Made by a program: the position numbers and the translations under genes. Under the pieces are notes generated by a model. The model did no database searches and was not told the origin of the DNA. It saw only the letters and a list, made by a program, of their open reading frames with translations. Positions 29,262-38,442 of a DNA stretch of 50,475 nucleotides are shown one piece after another. Source of the DNA: a virus (taxonomy: Duplodnaviria; Caudoviricetes); IMG/VR virus record IMGVR_UViG_3300049791_000009, positions 1-50,475 of that record; one strand, given 5' to 3'. The first letter of the stretch is position 1; every line of letters begins with the position of its first letter.

Positions 29262-29575
29262 GAGTGGTCACCATACTTGTGGGCTAGCAGTAACTGCGCA
29301 TAATGGATGACTTTCTTCAAGTCTTCAGCCCCCCCTTTAGCCGCGTGACGACAGGCGTACTTCACTATGTTGCCCTCACAGAAGCCCAAGTTGTTCTCTT
29401 GGATGAACTCAATGGGCTGTATCTTCATTGTCTTGTAGTGAGCACCCCCCACTTGCTCATCTAGCGGGTTACTCTCTAGCACCTTCTCTTGTGACATAAC
29501 CTTACGCTCCAAGTGATTGGCTTTACCCCATTCAGGGAACTTACTGTGCATAAAGGCCTCGTGCTCAGGGCTCAT
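29258..29575 (-). CDS. DUF3310 / T7 gp1.7-like protein (putative nucleotide kinase)
   Basis: QVGGAHY...IQPIEFI...GNIVKY..R...KGG.EDLKK. Confidence 0.8.
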   Translation of the reverse strand: MSPEHEAFMHSKFPEWGKANHLERKVMSQEKVLESNPLDEQVGGAHYKTMKIQPIEFIQENNLGFCEGNIVKYACRHAAKGGAEDLKKVIHYAQLLLAHKYGDHS

Positions 29576-29814
29576 TGAGTCACTCGCTTGTCCATCTCCC
29601 CGTTAGTCACTTCACAGCGTACAGTGTTGTAACCCTTAAGCGCAATGTAATCAAACATTGCCCTAATCTGCTTCTTAGTAATAGCGTCGAACTGATCTAC
29701 ATAATTCGTAGCAGCTTCCTCCCCTACATCAGCTCGTAGGTTGAACACAATGGCACAACGGTTCCAAGTACGCAGACAAACATTCTGTACGTCATCAAAC
29801 TTAGGGCTATTCAT
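29572..29814 (-). CDS. Hypothetical protein
   Basis: Start reassigned to ATG 29814 (MNSPKF) to avoid a long overlap. Confidence 0.65.
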   Translation of the reverse strand: MNSPKFDDVQNVCLRTWNRCAIVFNLRADVGEEAATNYVDQFDAITKKQIRAMFDYIALKGYNTVRCEVTNGEMDKRVTQ

Positions 29815-30265
29815 CTTCTTCAATGTCACTTCCTTCATCAAGTTCGAGTTGTTCTTCTTTAGACGTCTCTCGACGTTTCTTAGCAATATCAATTTCTTCA
29901 CGAGACTTCTCTGAGTGGCAAGCTTTACAAAGGAGTTGTAAATTTTCTGGCTCACAAAAGAGCCGCTCTATACAATCATCCCAAGTGGTCCACCCAACGG
30001 CGGGATCAACAACCGGGATAATGTGGTCCACAAAGATCGCTTTCATCCTCTTGCGTTTCTCATCGTCGTAGTAAGTGGGGGCCACCTCAGCCCCACATCC
30101 GTCGCATCGGTATAGCCCACGAGATATGTGGGCCTTCTTCTTACATGCTTGGATAGGCTGCCACTTTCTGGAAGCGCTACGTAGGTTATTCTTAACAAAG
30201 CTTCGGAACTGAGCTTCGGTCCATCGACCTCCACAGCGAGTCAGCTCGCCTCTTGGCCTAGCCAT
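29807..30265 (-). CDS. Zn-binding HNH-type endonuclease
   Basis: CDGC...VDHIIPV...NLQLLCKACH; GGGGAG RBS before MARPRG. Confidence 0.8.
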   Translation of the reverse strand: MARPRGELTRCGGRWTEAQFRSFVKNNLRSASRKWQPIQACKKKAHISRGLYRCDGCGAEVAPTYYDDEKRKRMKAIFVDHIIPVVDPAVGWTTWDDCIERLFCEPENLQLLCKACHSEKSREEIDIAKKRRETSKEEQLELDEGSDIEEDE

Positions 30266-30743
30266 GATTGGCAAACTCCCCGTGCAGATTTTCCCTAATC
30301 TTCATTGCGGCTTCAGTGGCTGACTCTATGTCCTTAAAACTCCCATAGTATTTTTTGTCTATGACAACTTTAAAGGTCTTTCTCCCCTTGCCGCTTGAAA
30401 CCCCCTTCACGCCACTTGAGCTATTAGCGTTGCATTTCCTATTCATGCGATTTTGGAAAGGCTCGCACTCCCTCAAGTTTCCCCAAGAGTTGTTCAATCG
30501 ATCTGTGTCCTTGTGGTCCACTAAGTCTTTGGGCCAAACCCCCTTGACGTAGAGAACCGCAAGATGGTGGGCACTGTATAATAGTGTATCGATGCGGATC
30601 AGCAGATACCCTCGGCTATTAACTCCCCCCGCCTTGTCCCCGATCTTGACGCTATTGGTCGTGCTCACGAGCCAAGTAAAGTCCCCGGATTCAGGGTCAT
30701 AGTATAGAAGCTCTTTTAATCTTTCTTGTGTGAGCTTAGCCAA
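30258..30743 (-). mobile_element. Free-standing HNH homing endonuclease
   Basis: LKELLYYDPESGDFTW, VDHKDTDRLNNSWGNLR, SGVKGV, and a C-terminal AP2-like YYGSF...EAA. Confidence 0.88.
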
Positions 30744-30887
30744 TCAGCCCACCTCTTGGTCAAACAAGTCTTCAAGCTCTCGTACATGACGACGAGCTTG
30801 CTCTTCTGTTATCCGCATTAGCGCCTCCACAATGAGCACTAACTCATTCTTACTATACTCACTCAACTTTTTACCCTGCCAACGCAT
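30744..30887 (-). CDS. Hypothetical protein
   Basis: GAGGTG RBS before MRWQGKK. Confidence 0.6.
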   Translation of the reverse strand: MRWQGKKLSEYSKNELVLIVEALMRITEEQARRHVRELEDLFDQEVG

Positions 30888-31764
30888 AGTCTTCACCTCG
30901 TTCATCATAGGGGGTGTAGTGCACAGGCTCACCTTTCTCGTCCAACTCTCGGATCATCCAGAGTAGCGCCGCCTGCTCTTTCAACTCAACTCTCCAGTCT
31001 TCGCCATACTTCTTCTCATATAATCCTGCCACGCATTCAAACATTGCTCCTTCTGCCTCAAGCTCAGCAAGGGACTCATGAGCAAGGACCGCACCTGCGC
31101 CCCGTAAACCTGGGATGTTGTCGACGGTATCGCCTGTGATAAGCTGGCTATAAAAGAATTTAATTCCTGTACCTTTAACTGACTTTCTGTCTTTACTGAG
31201 ACTGATCTCACCGATGAAATCCACCCGCTTAGGGCCGAATTGAGGCTGCTTGCCACATTCCCAGCCAAAGTGCATGCCGGGAACCATACGGAGGTCTTTA
31301 TCGCGTGAACAACAAATAACATCCAACTTCTCCCCGCTGCGTACAAGTTCCACACAGATCATATCGTCTGCTTCCATACCTTCAGCGACTACACACTCGT
31401 AGTTAGCGAGCATATACTCTCTGATGTTATTGTAGTGGAACGGCTTCTCTTGCTTACGAGTACCTTTGTACTCTTTCTGTTTAGCCACTTCAAAGCGGAA
31501 GTTAGGCTTGAACTCAACTGGCTCCTTACCTTCGTGTACACGCTTCTTGTTAAGACTCTTAGTGAGCTTCCTGTCACCAGTGAGGTAGAGGACACTAGGC
31601 TCAGTAGCCCAGCATAGTGCCTCAATTTCCCTCACCTTGTCATCAAGGAGGGCTGCTACATAGTCAAACTCTCTGACGACTAACTCACCTGTTACTTCGT
31701 CAATGAACTGGCCGCAGTTAGCAATTTCATACACCAAGATGTCACTGTCGATTAAGCATTGCAT
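30871..31764 (-). CDS. 5'-3' exonuclease (T7 gp6/FEN-like)
   Basis: LIDSD, YKGTR, EADD, SRDKDL, GDTVDNIPG. Confidence 0.92.
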   Translation of the reverse strand: MQCLIDSDILVYEIANCGQFIDEVTGELVVREFDYVAALLDDKVREIEALCWATEPSVLYLTGDRKLTKSLNKKRVHEGKEPVEFKPNFRFEVAKQKEYKGTRKQEKPFHYNNIREYMLANYECVVAEGMEADDMICVELVRSGEKLDVICCSRDKDLRMVPGMHFGWECGKQPQFGPKRVDFIGEISLSKDRKSVKGTGIKFFYSQLITGDTVDNIPGLRGAGAVLAHESLAELEAEGAMFECVAGLYEKKYGEDWRVELKEQAALLWMIRELDEKGEPVHYTPYDERGEDYALAG

Positions 31765-31957
31765 TTAGTTGCCCCGAGATCACCAACACTTTAATCCTCA
31801 TTAGCCCTGAAGACAAGGTAAAACTATTGCTCCCCATGAAATTACTCAGCCTTAGCGTTGAACTAATGACTTCATCTTCTAGCTTAGTTCGCTCAGCATT
31901 CCAAGTTTCTGCCTCGAACTTGTCGAACACTTCGTCCAACTCAGGATCATGCGCCAT
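31742..31957 (-). CDS. Hypothetical protein
   Basis: GGAGG RBS before MAHDPEL. Confidence 0.65.
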   Translation of the reverse strand: MAHDPELDEVFDKFEAETWNAERTKLEDEVISSTLRLSNFMGSNSFTLSSGLMRIKVLVISGQLNAMLNRQ

Positions 31958-31959
31958 TA

Positions 31960-32058
31960 TTAACCCCTCCAAGTCGTGTTACAGATATGACACTTGTGCA
32001 TTAGGCCAAAATTATAGTGTTGGAATGGTGAGGTGCCGCACTTCGGGCACTTACTCAT
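31960..32058 (-). CDS. Zinc-ribbon micro-protein, 32 aa
   Basis: MSKCPKCGTSPFQHYNFGLMHKCHICNTTWRG; CxxC-x15-CxxC; GGGGGTG RBS. Confidence 0.7.
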   Translation of the reverse strand: MSKCPKCGTSPFQHYNFGLMHKCHICNTTWRG

Positions 32059-32365
32059 TTTCACCCCCAAAGTCCTCTTCATACACAGCTTGGAGAGCAG
32101 CTAGCTCTAGCTCAGCCACTTCAATGAAGTTCTTAGCAGTCACCAAGAAGGGCTTCTCATCAGCTTGGATGTGCATATCAACCACCCTAGCTGCTACAAA
32201 AGCCTTGCGATAAAGATAAGGGTCTACCTCACTCTCACGGACAAAGGTGTCCCCCGCAAGATATAGGTAAGTCCCTTCAGGGAGTCCGTTCTCCTCCAAG
32301 TTGTCACTAACAATAGCTACAAACTCACCAGCTTTAAACTCTTTAGCTTCCACAGACAACCTCAA
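32051..32365 (-). CDS. Hypothetical acidic protein
   Basis: ~100-aa ORF in the operon; exact start uncertain. Confidence 0.7.
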   Translation of the reverse strand: MRLSVEAKEFKAGEFVAIVSDNLEENGLPEGTYLYLAGDTFVRESEVDPYLYRKAFVAARVVDMHIQADEKPFLVTAKNFIEVAELELAALQAVYEEDFGGENE

Positions 32366-32432
32366 TATTCTTATACATTAGTAGGACGAAGAGTAGTAGT
32401 ACGCATATCACACACCACCCAGCGTCACTCAT
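32343..32432 (-). CDS. Single-TM micro-protein, 29 aa
   Basis: MSDAGWCVICVLLLFVLLMYKNIEVVCGS; ATGA overlap with the upstream gene. Confidence 0.5.
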   Translation of the reverse strand: MSDAGWCVICVLLLFVLLMYKNIEVVCGS

Positions 32433-32611
32433 TCTTCACCAAGGGCTTCGCTAATAGCGGTTAGCTCAGGCTCACTGAAAGGCCCCTCCTCGTGAAGGCG
32501 GTCTAGGTCAACCCAGCGACCCCCTGCAACGATAGTTTTATGGGCCATAGTAAACCCATGCATCTCCCAATCGTACAACCAAGCCCCATTAGGGTAGATG
32601 TAGATCACCAA
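32429..32611 (-). CDS. Hypothetical protein
   Basis: 60 aa, coupled to both neighbours. Confidence 0.6.
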   Translation of the reverse strand: MVIYIYPNGAWLYDWEMHGFTMAHKTIVAGGRWVDLDRLHEEGPFSEPELTAISEALGEE

Positions 32612-33312
32612 GGATCATCCTCCCCCTCTACTCCATCTTCCTCAACCTCTACTGCGGCCTCAGGAGCTGCCTTACGATTTGGCTTGGCTATGACTTTCTT
32701 AACTGGAGCCTTGTCATGCAGGGCGTCATCAAGAGCGCTGCCATTAAACTCCAAGCTCTCCTTGATCTTCTCCTGCATCCACTCAGGAAGGGACTTAAAG
32801 ATCTCTAGGTCAGGGTTGTCAATCAATAATACCTTAGGTGGGTTAACCAACTCAGGTGCCTTAGCAGCTTCCTTAGGTCGCATTGGGGCTACAGAACTAA
32901 CTCCATTACGCATCTGACCTTTACTTTCGTATTGGTTGATGGTAACCATGCATGGAGCGCTCACCAACAAGGTGAAGTCGCCACCAAAGTTCTCCTCAGG
33001 ATCAAGGGCTTTGTAGCGCTTAGTAGAGGTGGCAAGGTCTACTTCAAGGCTCAGTAGTGGGAACTGTTCAGACAACCAACGGGGCTTATCGTCTTGGTCT
33101 TCGCCATCTTCATCCTTACAGAACTCGTCCAAGAACTCATAGGTGAGGTATACAGTCTGAGCTGGGGGCTTAGCTACCCCTTTATAGGCTCGCTGCTCCT
33201 GTACACCGAAGTCAATTACTTGTACAACACGAGCTGGATATGTGCCAGCTTCCATTGCTTCCTGTTGTGGGCCTTTGGCCACAGATTTTACTTTGCGGGC
33301 ATTAAGCGCCAT
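32605..33312 (-). CDS. Probable single-stranded DNA-binding protein
   Basis: GTYPARVVQVIDFG OB-fold-like start; acidic tail ending in an aromatic residue (EGEDDPW); lies in the replication module. Confidence 0.65.
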   Translation of the reverse strand: MALNARKVKSVAKGPQQEAMEAGTYPARVVQVIDFGVQEQRAYKGVAKPPAQTVYLTYEFLDEFCKDEDGEDQDDKPRWLSEQFPLLSLEVDLATSTKRYKALDPEENFGGDFTLLVSAPCMVTINQYESKGQMRNGVSSVAPMRPKEAAKAPELVNPPKVLLIDNPDLEIFKSLPEWMQEKIKESLEFNGSALDDALHDKAPVKKVIAKPNRKAAPEAAVEVEEDGVEGEDDPW

Positions 33313-33313
33313 A

Positions 33314-33601
33314 TTATTTCACCACCTTGTATTCAATTCGTTTAACTTCAATTGGCTCAACTTCAATCAATTCCTCTGGGCTGTCATACTCATAATCGGA
33401 GTAATAGGAGCCCGAGCGGGAATCATAGTAAGCATAGTGTTTGCCAGATGCTTTATGTAACAAGACCACCTCTTTAATGTCATAGTCTTTGTATTGGTTC
33501 ACCCAGTCGCTAGCCTCCACAATGACATACTCATCACCATCCTGGGCTTTGCCATAGTTGATGAATTCCTTGAGCTCTTCGTCAATCTTTATACTTGGCA
33601 T
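33314..33601 (-). CDS. Hypothetical protein
   Basis: Start likely at MPSIKID; SRSGSYYSDYEY motif. Confidence 0.65.
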   Translation of the reverse strand: MPSIKIDEELKEFINYGKAQDGDEYVIVEASDWVNQYKDYDIKEVVLLHKASGKHYAYYDSRSGSYYSDYEYDSPEELIEVEPIEVKRIEYKVVK

Positions 33602-33614
33602 CAGTTTGTTTTCC

Positions 33615-34178
33615 CTAGTGTATGTCGCTATACGATTGGCCGAACTGTACTTCACAGTCTAGCTCTCGATCTAATTTAAGTTCATTGTTAGTCTTGTCCA
33701 TAGCCTTGCGGATATGCTCCACTACTCTGCCTCGCATCCCTTCCCTAACTTGCCAAACTCCTTCATCGTGGAAGGTTGCTAGCATAGGTGGGCCTCCTGT
33801 CCTGACGTACTTAATCCAGGTATCGAACGCCCATACACCAGTGCTCTGATTAGCTGTACTAAACCTATCACGATCATGTCTGAGCACATGCCATATACCA
33901 CTGACAGGGTTCAATAGCCACTTGCCGCCAAGACAAGACTTAACTTCCATGTCTTCAGCAACTTTCTTAACAGACCAGTTTAGTTTCCAGTACGCATCTA
34001 GTAATGTTTGTGCCTCCTTTAAGCTAACCTTAGCTGTGCGGGCCAAAGTGGCAGCCCCAGATCCGTAGGTAGCAGCGTAATTAGTTGACTTCGCGTCCCC
34101 CCTTACAGCTTTGATGCGCTTGAATAGCTTGTCTTGCTCCTCAGGCGGTAGGTCTTTCATCTGCTGCAAGCTTAGCAT
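33615..34178 (-). CDS. polA: DNA polymerase family A, C-terminal part (motifs B and C)
   Basis: RGDAKSTNYAATYG (motif B), NQSTG, TFHDE (motif C). Confidence 0.9.
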   Translation of the reverse strand: MLSLQQMKDLPPEEQDKLFKRIKAVRGDAKSTNYAATYGSGAATLARTAKVSLKEAQTLLDAYWKLNWSVKKVAEDMEVKSCLGGKWLLNPVSGIWHVLRHDRDRFSTANQSTGVWAFDTWIKYVRTGGPPMLATFHDEGVWQVREGMRGRVVEHIRKAMDKTNNELKLDRELDCEVQFGQSYSDIH

Positions 34179-34617
34179 TTATGTAGGCCCTCTCTGCCTC
34201 TTCTGGCGTATCAAACTGGCCTAACCTGACCCCACACAGGTTTGCCGTATATTTGCCAGTGTCTCGTCTCTTAGACACCCCCAAAATACCTAGTAAATTA
34301 TCTGCATGTGGTTTATGCAGGTTAAGGGCGTTCTCCTTTTTGTTACTCACTCGAAGGTTTTCAATCCTATTATCGGCCTTAACCCCATTGATGTGGTCGA
34401 GTAGTGGGGGCAACACTCCGTTGTGCATCAGCCAGATAAGCCTGTGTAGATAGTATCTCTTACCTAAGATAGATAGGGTCATATAGCCACGTACACCTAT
34501 TGTCCCTACCGCAACCCCGGCCTCCCATTGCTTATAAGCCTTACTCCTGAGCAGATTACCATCCGAGTATTGGTAGTTTTGTTTTAAGTAACCTATTAGT
34601 GATTCTTCTGATACCAT
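34141..34617 (-). mobile_element. HNH homing endonuclease inserted in the polymerase gene
   Basis: YLHRLIW, LDHINGVKADNRIENLR, C-terminal LGQFDTPEEA; overlaps both polymerase parts. Confidence 0.9.
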
Positions 34618-35957
34618 TTGTAAAATTCCATCTCGTTCTCTGTGATCATCCCGGCAACTACACCGAGGCTTAGGTGGGGATCGTAGCCCTCCTGGCTCAT
34701 ATCTGCGACATAAGCGGGGTCATACTTATTCATGAAGGAAAGTTTTGTCCTATCCTCCAGACTACTCATATCAGCCCCAACCAACTCGCAACCGTCATCG
34801 CTGACCAAACAACCACGTATATCAGCGCCATGAGGCTTATCAGGACGCGGAAGGTTGACAACCACCCCATGCTTGAACCGTAACGTGTTGGTAAGTCCTG
34901 TAATCTTCGCTTGGACATACCCGTCACCGTCCACGTTAGCCAAGAATCCGTTCAGTACGCCAATACGGTGAGTAAGAACTGAGAGGCCTTCAAGGACTTC
35001 TAGGCCAGGTGCCATAAGGAACAACCTCTTGATGCTTGGGCATACACCAGCCCCATGCTTCAGGTTCACTTGTGGTATTTGCCTAACGTCTCCTGTCTCT
35101 TTGTCCCGTTTGAACTCAAAAGTTTCTGGCACCCAGCCTAAGCTATAGAGCCAGTCTTTGACCTGTGTATGAGAGCCAGGGTTAGGTTCTTTCCACCCCA
35201 CCACCTCCTCCACCACTCCTTCCGTATCTGCTGGTAAGCCGAGCCTCTTCAAAGCGTCGAACCACTTCTTACCACCTACTGACAATTCCTTGTTAAGTTT
35301 ATATGGCTTCTTTGGCTTAGCTACTTTCCCATAGACTGGGACTTCAGGCATAATCAAAGCAAGTTCTTTTACCTTCTCCTCTTGCAGTACGACCAACCTA
35401 TCCCTTGTAGTTGTACACTTAACAGTGTCTAGGAGCCACCGTGAGGCCTCCTGCTCCCTCGCACAGTCCATCTTGAAGGTAAGGTAGTCTATCAACCTCC
35501 ACGCCTTGTCAGCGTCACCATAGAGCTTTAGGAGGTCCTTCCACATTTTGTCCCAGAGCTTCTGGTTAATCTCCACATCTTTAGAACAACGGTGGACGTA
35601 CACTTCAATGGGGAGATTGTCCCAGTCCTCAACCACAGGCTTAGGGACACCAAACTCCTCCCCCCAGTCCGCCAAGCCATGCTTAACACGCTTCGGATAG
35701 AGATACCAAGACAATGCCAGTGTATCCACCAGCCTCGCCTTAATCTTAATACCTAAGATGCGCTCAGTATGAGGTATGTCGAAGCGTATAATGTTATGGC
35801 CGATGAGGACTTCTGCTTTTTCAAAGAACCCCCTCATCCGAGGGTAGTCTAGGAGGTTGTATTCTCTGCCCCCCACCCCTGTTGAAAGACACGCACAGTG
35901 TATCTTGGTCGGGTTAAAGCCATCGCACTCAATATCAAAGACAGCCTCAAGTCCCAT
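34596..35957 (-). CDS. polA: DNA polymerase family A, N-terminal part (3'-5' exonuclease through motif A)
   Basis: FDIECDG, GHNIIRFD, DTL, TLRFKH, NLP, GADMSSLEDR, DPH. Confidence 0.92.
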   Translation of the reverse strand: MGLEAVFDIECDGFNPTKIHCACLSTGVGGREYNLLDYPRMRGFFEKAEVLIGHNIIRFDIPHTERILGIKIKARLVDTLALSWYLYPKRVKHGLADWGEEFGVPKPVVEDWDNLPIEVYVHRCSKDVEINQKLWDKMWKDLLKLYGDADKAWRLIDYLTFKMDCAREQEASRWLLDTVKCTTTRDRLVVLQEEKVKELALIMPEVPVYGKVAKPKKPYKLNKELSVGGKKWFDALKRLGLPADTEGVVEEVVGWKEPNPGSHTQVKDWLYSLGWVPETFEFKRDKETGDVRQIPQVNLKHGAGVCPSIKRLFLMAPGLEVLEGLSVLTHRIGVLNGFLANVDGDGYVQAKITGLTNTLRFKHGVVVNLPRPDKPHGADIRGCLVSDDGCELVGADMSSLEDRTKLSFMNKYDPAYVADMSQEGYDPHLSLGVVAGMITENEMEFYKWYQKNH

Positions 35958-36429
35958 GACGTTCTATAACCTCAGTCTTAAACCTCCAAATCACTTGCTT
36001 AATGGTCTTCACCTTAGCTGTAGTGATGTTGGCAATGTCCTTCGGACTATAGTGCTTCTCAAAGTAGAGGAGCAATATCTCTTGATGGTCTTCAATCTTC
36101 TCGTCAACAAGCTCATAAATCTTCTTTACTAGCTCGTCCTCCTTAAGTGGCATCTCTTGTGGGTCATAGAGTTCCTCATCAAACTCCTCCCCCATACCAA
36201 ATAACCACTCCTCCCGCTTAAAGTCCCGTAAAGCGTTCTTCATGATGGTGTTGAACCAAGCACCTAGCTCTTTTTGTGCTGGATTAAAAGTAGTTTGATA
36301 TACCAAAGCTCGAACGAAAGCCTCTTGTAACACATCTTCAGCAGCCTCGGGACTGCCCGCCCCATATGACAAACGACGTAGAAGTAAGTCCCTATTCTCT
36401 TTGTAAAACTCTCCCAGGATTTCATTCAC
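35947..36429 (-). CDS. ECF-type RNA polymerase sigma factor
   Basis: Region 2 AEDVLQEAFVRA...AWFNTIMKNALRD and a region 4 HTH YSPKDIANIT...KTIKQVIWR. Confidence 0.88.
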   Translation of the reverse strand: MNEILGEFYKENRDLLLRRLSYGAGSPEAAEDVLQEAFVRALVYQTTFNPAQKELGAWFNTIMKNALRDFKREEWLFGMGEEFDEELYDPQEMPLKEDELVKKIYELVDEKIEDHQEILLLYFEKHYSPKDIANITTAKVKTIKQVIWRFKTEVIERHGT

Positions 36430-36623
36430 TCTTGACTCCTCAGAATGGACTCTTCAAGCTCAACCAGCTCCATAAGGGCAGATACACCATAGGGGTCTTC
36501 ACAGAATTCACAAACCCCACGATGGTTAAGCTCTCCATATTGCATACACTCGGTACATTTCTCTTCTTTATCAATGGACTTCATGCTTTCTTTGAGTCTG
36601 GCGAACAGTTGCTTGTCCATCAC
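36426..36623 (-). CDS. Small Zn-finger-like protein
   Basis: CTEC...CEFC; coupled to both neighbours. Confidence 0.65.
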   Translation of the reverse strand: MMDKQLFARLKESMKSIDKEEKCTECMQYGELNHRGVCEFCEDPYGVSALMELVELEESILRSQE

Positions 36624-38338
36624 AGCTCCCTCTCTTCAAAGTGTGTCGAATTACGGTTCCACCATAGTGGGAAGTTCCCCACCTCACCGAACTCTCGGTC
36701 CTCTAACAACTCTAATTCACGCATATTACGTACGCCATCTTGTAAGAGGGCATCCTTATTACCCTTGAGTGCAAGCATATAATTACATGAACGCATCATG
36801 GCCCTAGACCCAGCGAATTGATTAGAAGACACATCCCCTCCAAGCTCGTGAGGGCAATTACCAAGGCCAATATATCGACCGTTCTCATACATCTTTAACC
36901 TCGCGTCTTTGCTGATGTTACCTTCGGGAGATTTCAAGTGGACAAAGATGAACACTACAATGTTCAAGTCAAGGGCCATAGCAGCCAATTCTTGTGCAAT
37001 TTCTTGCAGCTTGATATTAGCTAGCCCGCTCTCCATGCCATTTGTGAGGTTAGTAATCGGGTCTATGAAGACAACCTTAGCCCCCCAACCAGCAGCAGCA
37101 TAGATGTCCGCTTTAAGGGACTCCCATCCTAGGTGTTGATACAAGTTAACCATAGCTAACTTGCCTTTCAACACCTCTCCTGCTCTATCATAAGCGGCGA
37201 AGTCAAACTCGCGATCAGGGTCATGGAACACCTTGCCAACAATCTTACCGGCCATGAGCTTGTAAGTCTTCTTGTTAGCCTCCTCAGGCTTAGCCATGAA
37301 CACCTTGACACCATGTTCCTTAATGAAGTGAGCGCCCAACTCGTTCAGGAGTTCGGACTTTCCCATTTTAACACCAGCACCAACATAGATGGTTTCACCA
37401 TAACGTATGCCACGAGTCTTAGTGTTGATGTGCTCCCAAGGCCATGTCAACTCGCCATACTTAGCCACCTCACGAGCTGCTTCATGCAGCTCTTCGCCAA
37501 AGATTAGCTGGGTATTCTTCTTAACTTCATTCTTCCACTTAGCCGCTTGATAAGCGCCCTTGCCCTTCCCTTTGAGTATGCATTCGTTAGCGTCCTTGCA
37601 GGGCAAGCTGATGACAGTGGCTCCGGGGAATATCTTGCAACACTCCTCAGTAGCCTTATGGCCAGGTTCATCATCATCAAAGCAGAAGCTTACTTCCTTG
37701 AAATACTTCTTAATCTCTGGTGATAAGCGTGAAATATCTTTATGAGCAGATGCTGCACCATGAGGCAAGCTACATACAGCCGGAATAGTGTCCTTGTACT
37801 CAGCTTTCTCGTAGGTGTCGAAGATGACTTTGAGTGCAACAGCATCGAACTCACCCTCAGTGATGATAAGACGGCGTGCTCCGCTCGCCTTGGCCTGCTC
37901 CCAGCCAAAGAGGTCAACCTTAGATTGATCCCCCACTGACCAGAACTTCTTCCCCTCAATAAGTTTTACCTTATACGCCTGAAGGTTTCCTTTACTGCTG
38001 TAAGGGAAGTAAATAAACTTAAGTGTCTCACCATCAGCTTGGTCATAGCCAACCTTAATGCCGTAGTAGTCTAGGGCAACAGCCCTTAGGCGCCTATCTG
38101 GCAGGTCAACAACCTCACACTCACCAATCTCAGCTAACTCAGTCTCAATCTCCTCTCGTGACTTACTAAGGCGCTCAGCCTTGGGGATGTCACTCACCTT
38201 TTTATCACCTAGCGGTGATGCCACGTATGTGTTACAGCTAAAACAATAGCCTGTAATACTACCATCATCCTGCTCGTAGCATTGAAGGCCATTACGGGTG
38301 CCGCATGAATGGCCGGTCTTGACAAGGCACTGCCCCAA
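36620..38338 (-). CDS. Primase-helicase (T7 gp4-like)
   Basis: N-terminal Zn finger (HSC...CFSC), TOPRIM ITEGEFDA, FDDDEPG, KDANE; Walker A GAGVKMGKS. Confidence 0.93.
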   Translation of the reverse strand: MGQCLVKTGHSCGTRNGLQCYEQDDGSITGYCFSCNTYVASPLGDKKVSDIPKAERLSKSREEIETELAEIGECEVVDLPDRRLRAVALDYYGIKVGYDQADGETLKFIYFPYSSKGNLQAYKVKLIEGKKFWSVGDQSKVDLFGWEQAKASGARRLIITEGEFDAVALKVIFDTYEKAEYKDTIPAVCSLPHGAASAHKDISRLSPEIKKYFKEVSFCFDDDEPGHKATEECCKIFPGATVISLPCKDANECILKGKGKGAYQAAKWKNEVKKNTQLIFGEELHEAAREVAKYGELTWPWEHINTKTRGIRYGETIYVGAGVKMGKSELLNELGAHFIKEHGVKVFMAKPEEANKKTYKLMAGKIVGKVFHDPDREFDFAAYDRAGEVLKGKLAMVNLYQHLGWESLKADIYAAAGWGAKVVFIDPITNLTNGMESGLANIKLQEIAQELAAMALDLNIVVFIFVHLKSPEGNISKDARLKMYENGRYIGLGNCPHELGGDVSSNQFAGSRAMMRSCNYMLALKGNKDALLQDGVRNMRELELLEDREFGEVGNFPLWWNRNSTHFEEREL

Positions 38339-38357
38339 GGCTAACCTCCAAAATTAA

Positions 38358-38386
38358 TTTCTAGTGATTAATGTCGTCTCTAGCAT
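38358..38386 (-). promoter_or_regulatory. Conserved middle-type motif, copy 5
   Basis: ATGCT-N15-CACTAGAAA upstream of the primase RBS. Confidence 0.7.
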
Positions 38387-38442
38387 CGCCCTATCAGGGC
38401 CACTTTCCAAACCCGTCCCTGGGCTTACTATACTGGTTAAAC

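Noticed and set aside
34141-34617. Group I intron or intein in the polymerase
   Set aside because: There is a stop codon and the HNH is in another frame, excluding an intein; no non-coding flanks or recognisable intron core, although RT-PCR is needed to exclude splicing fully
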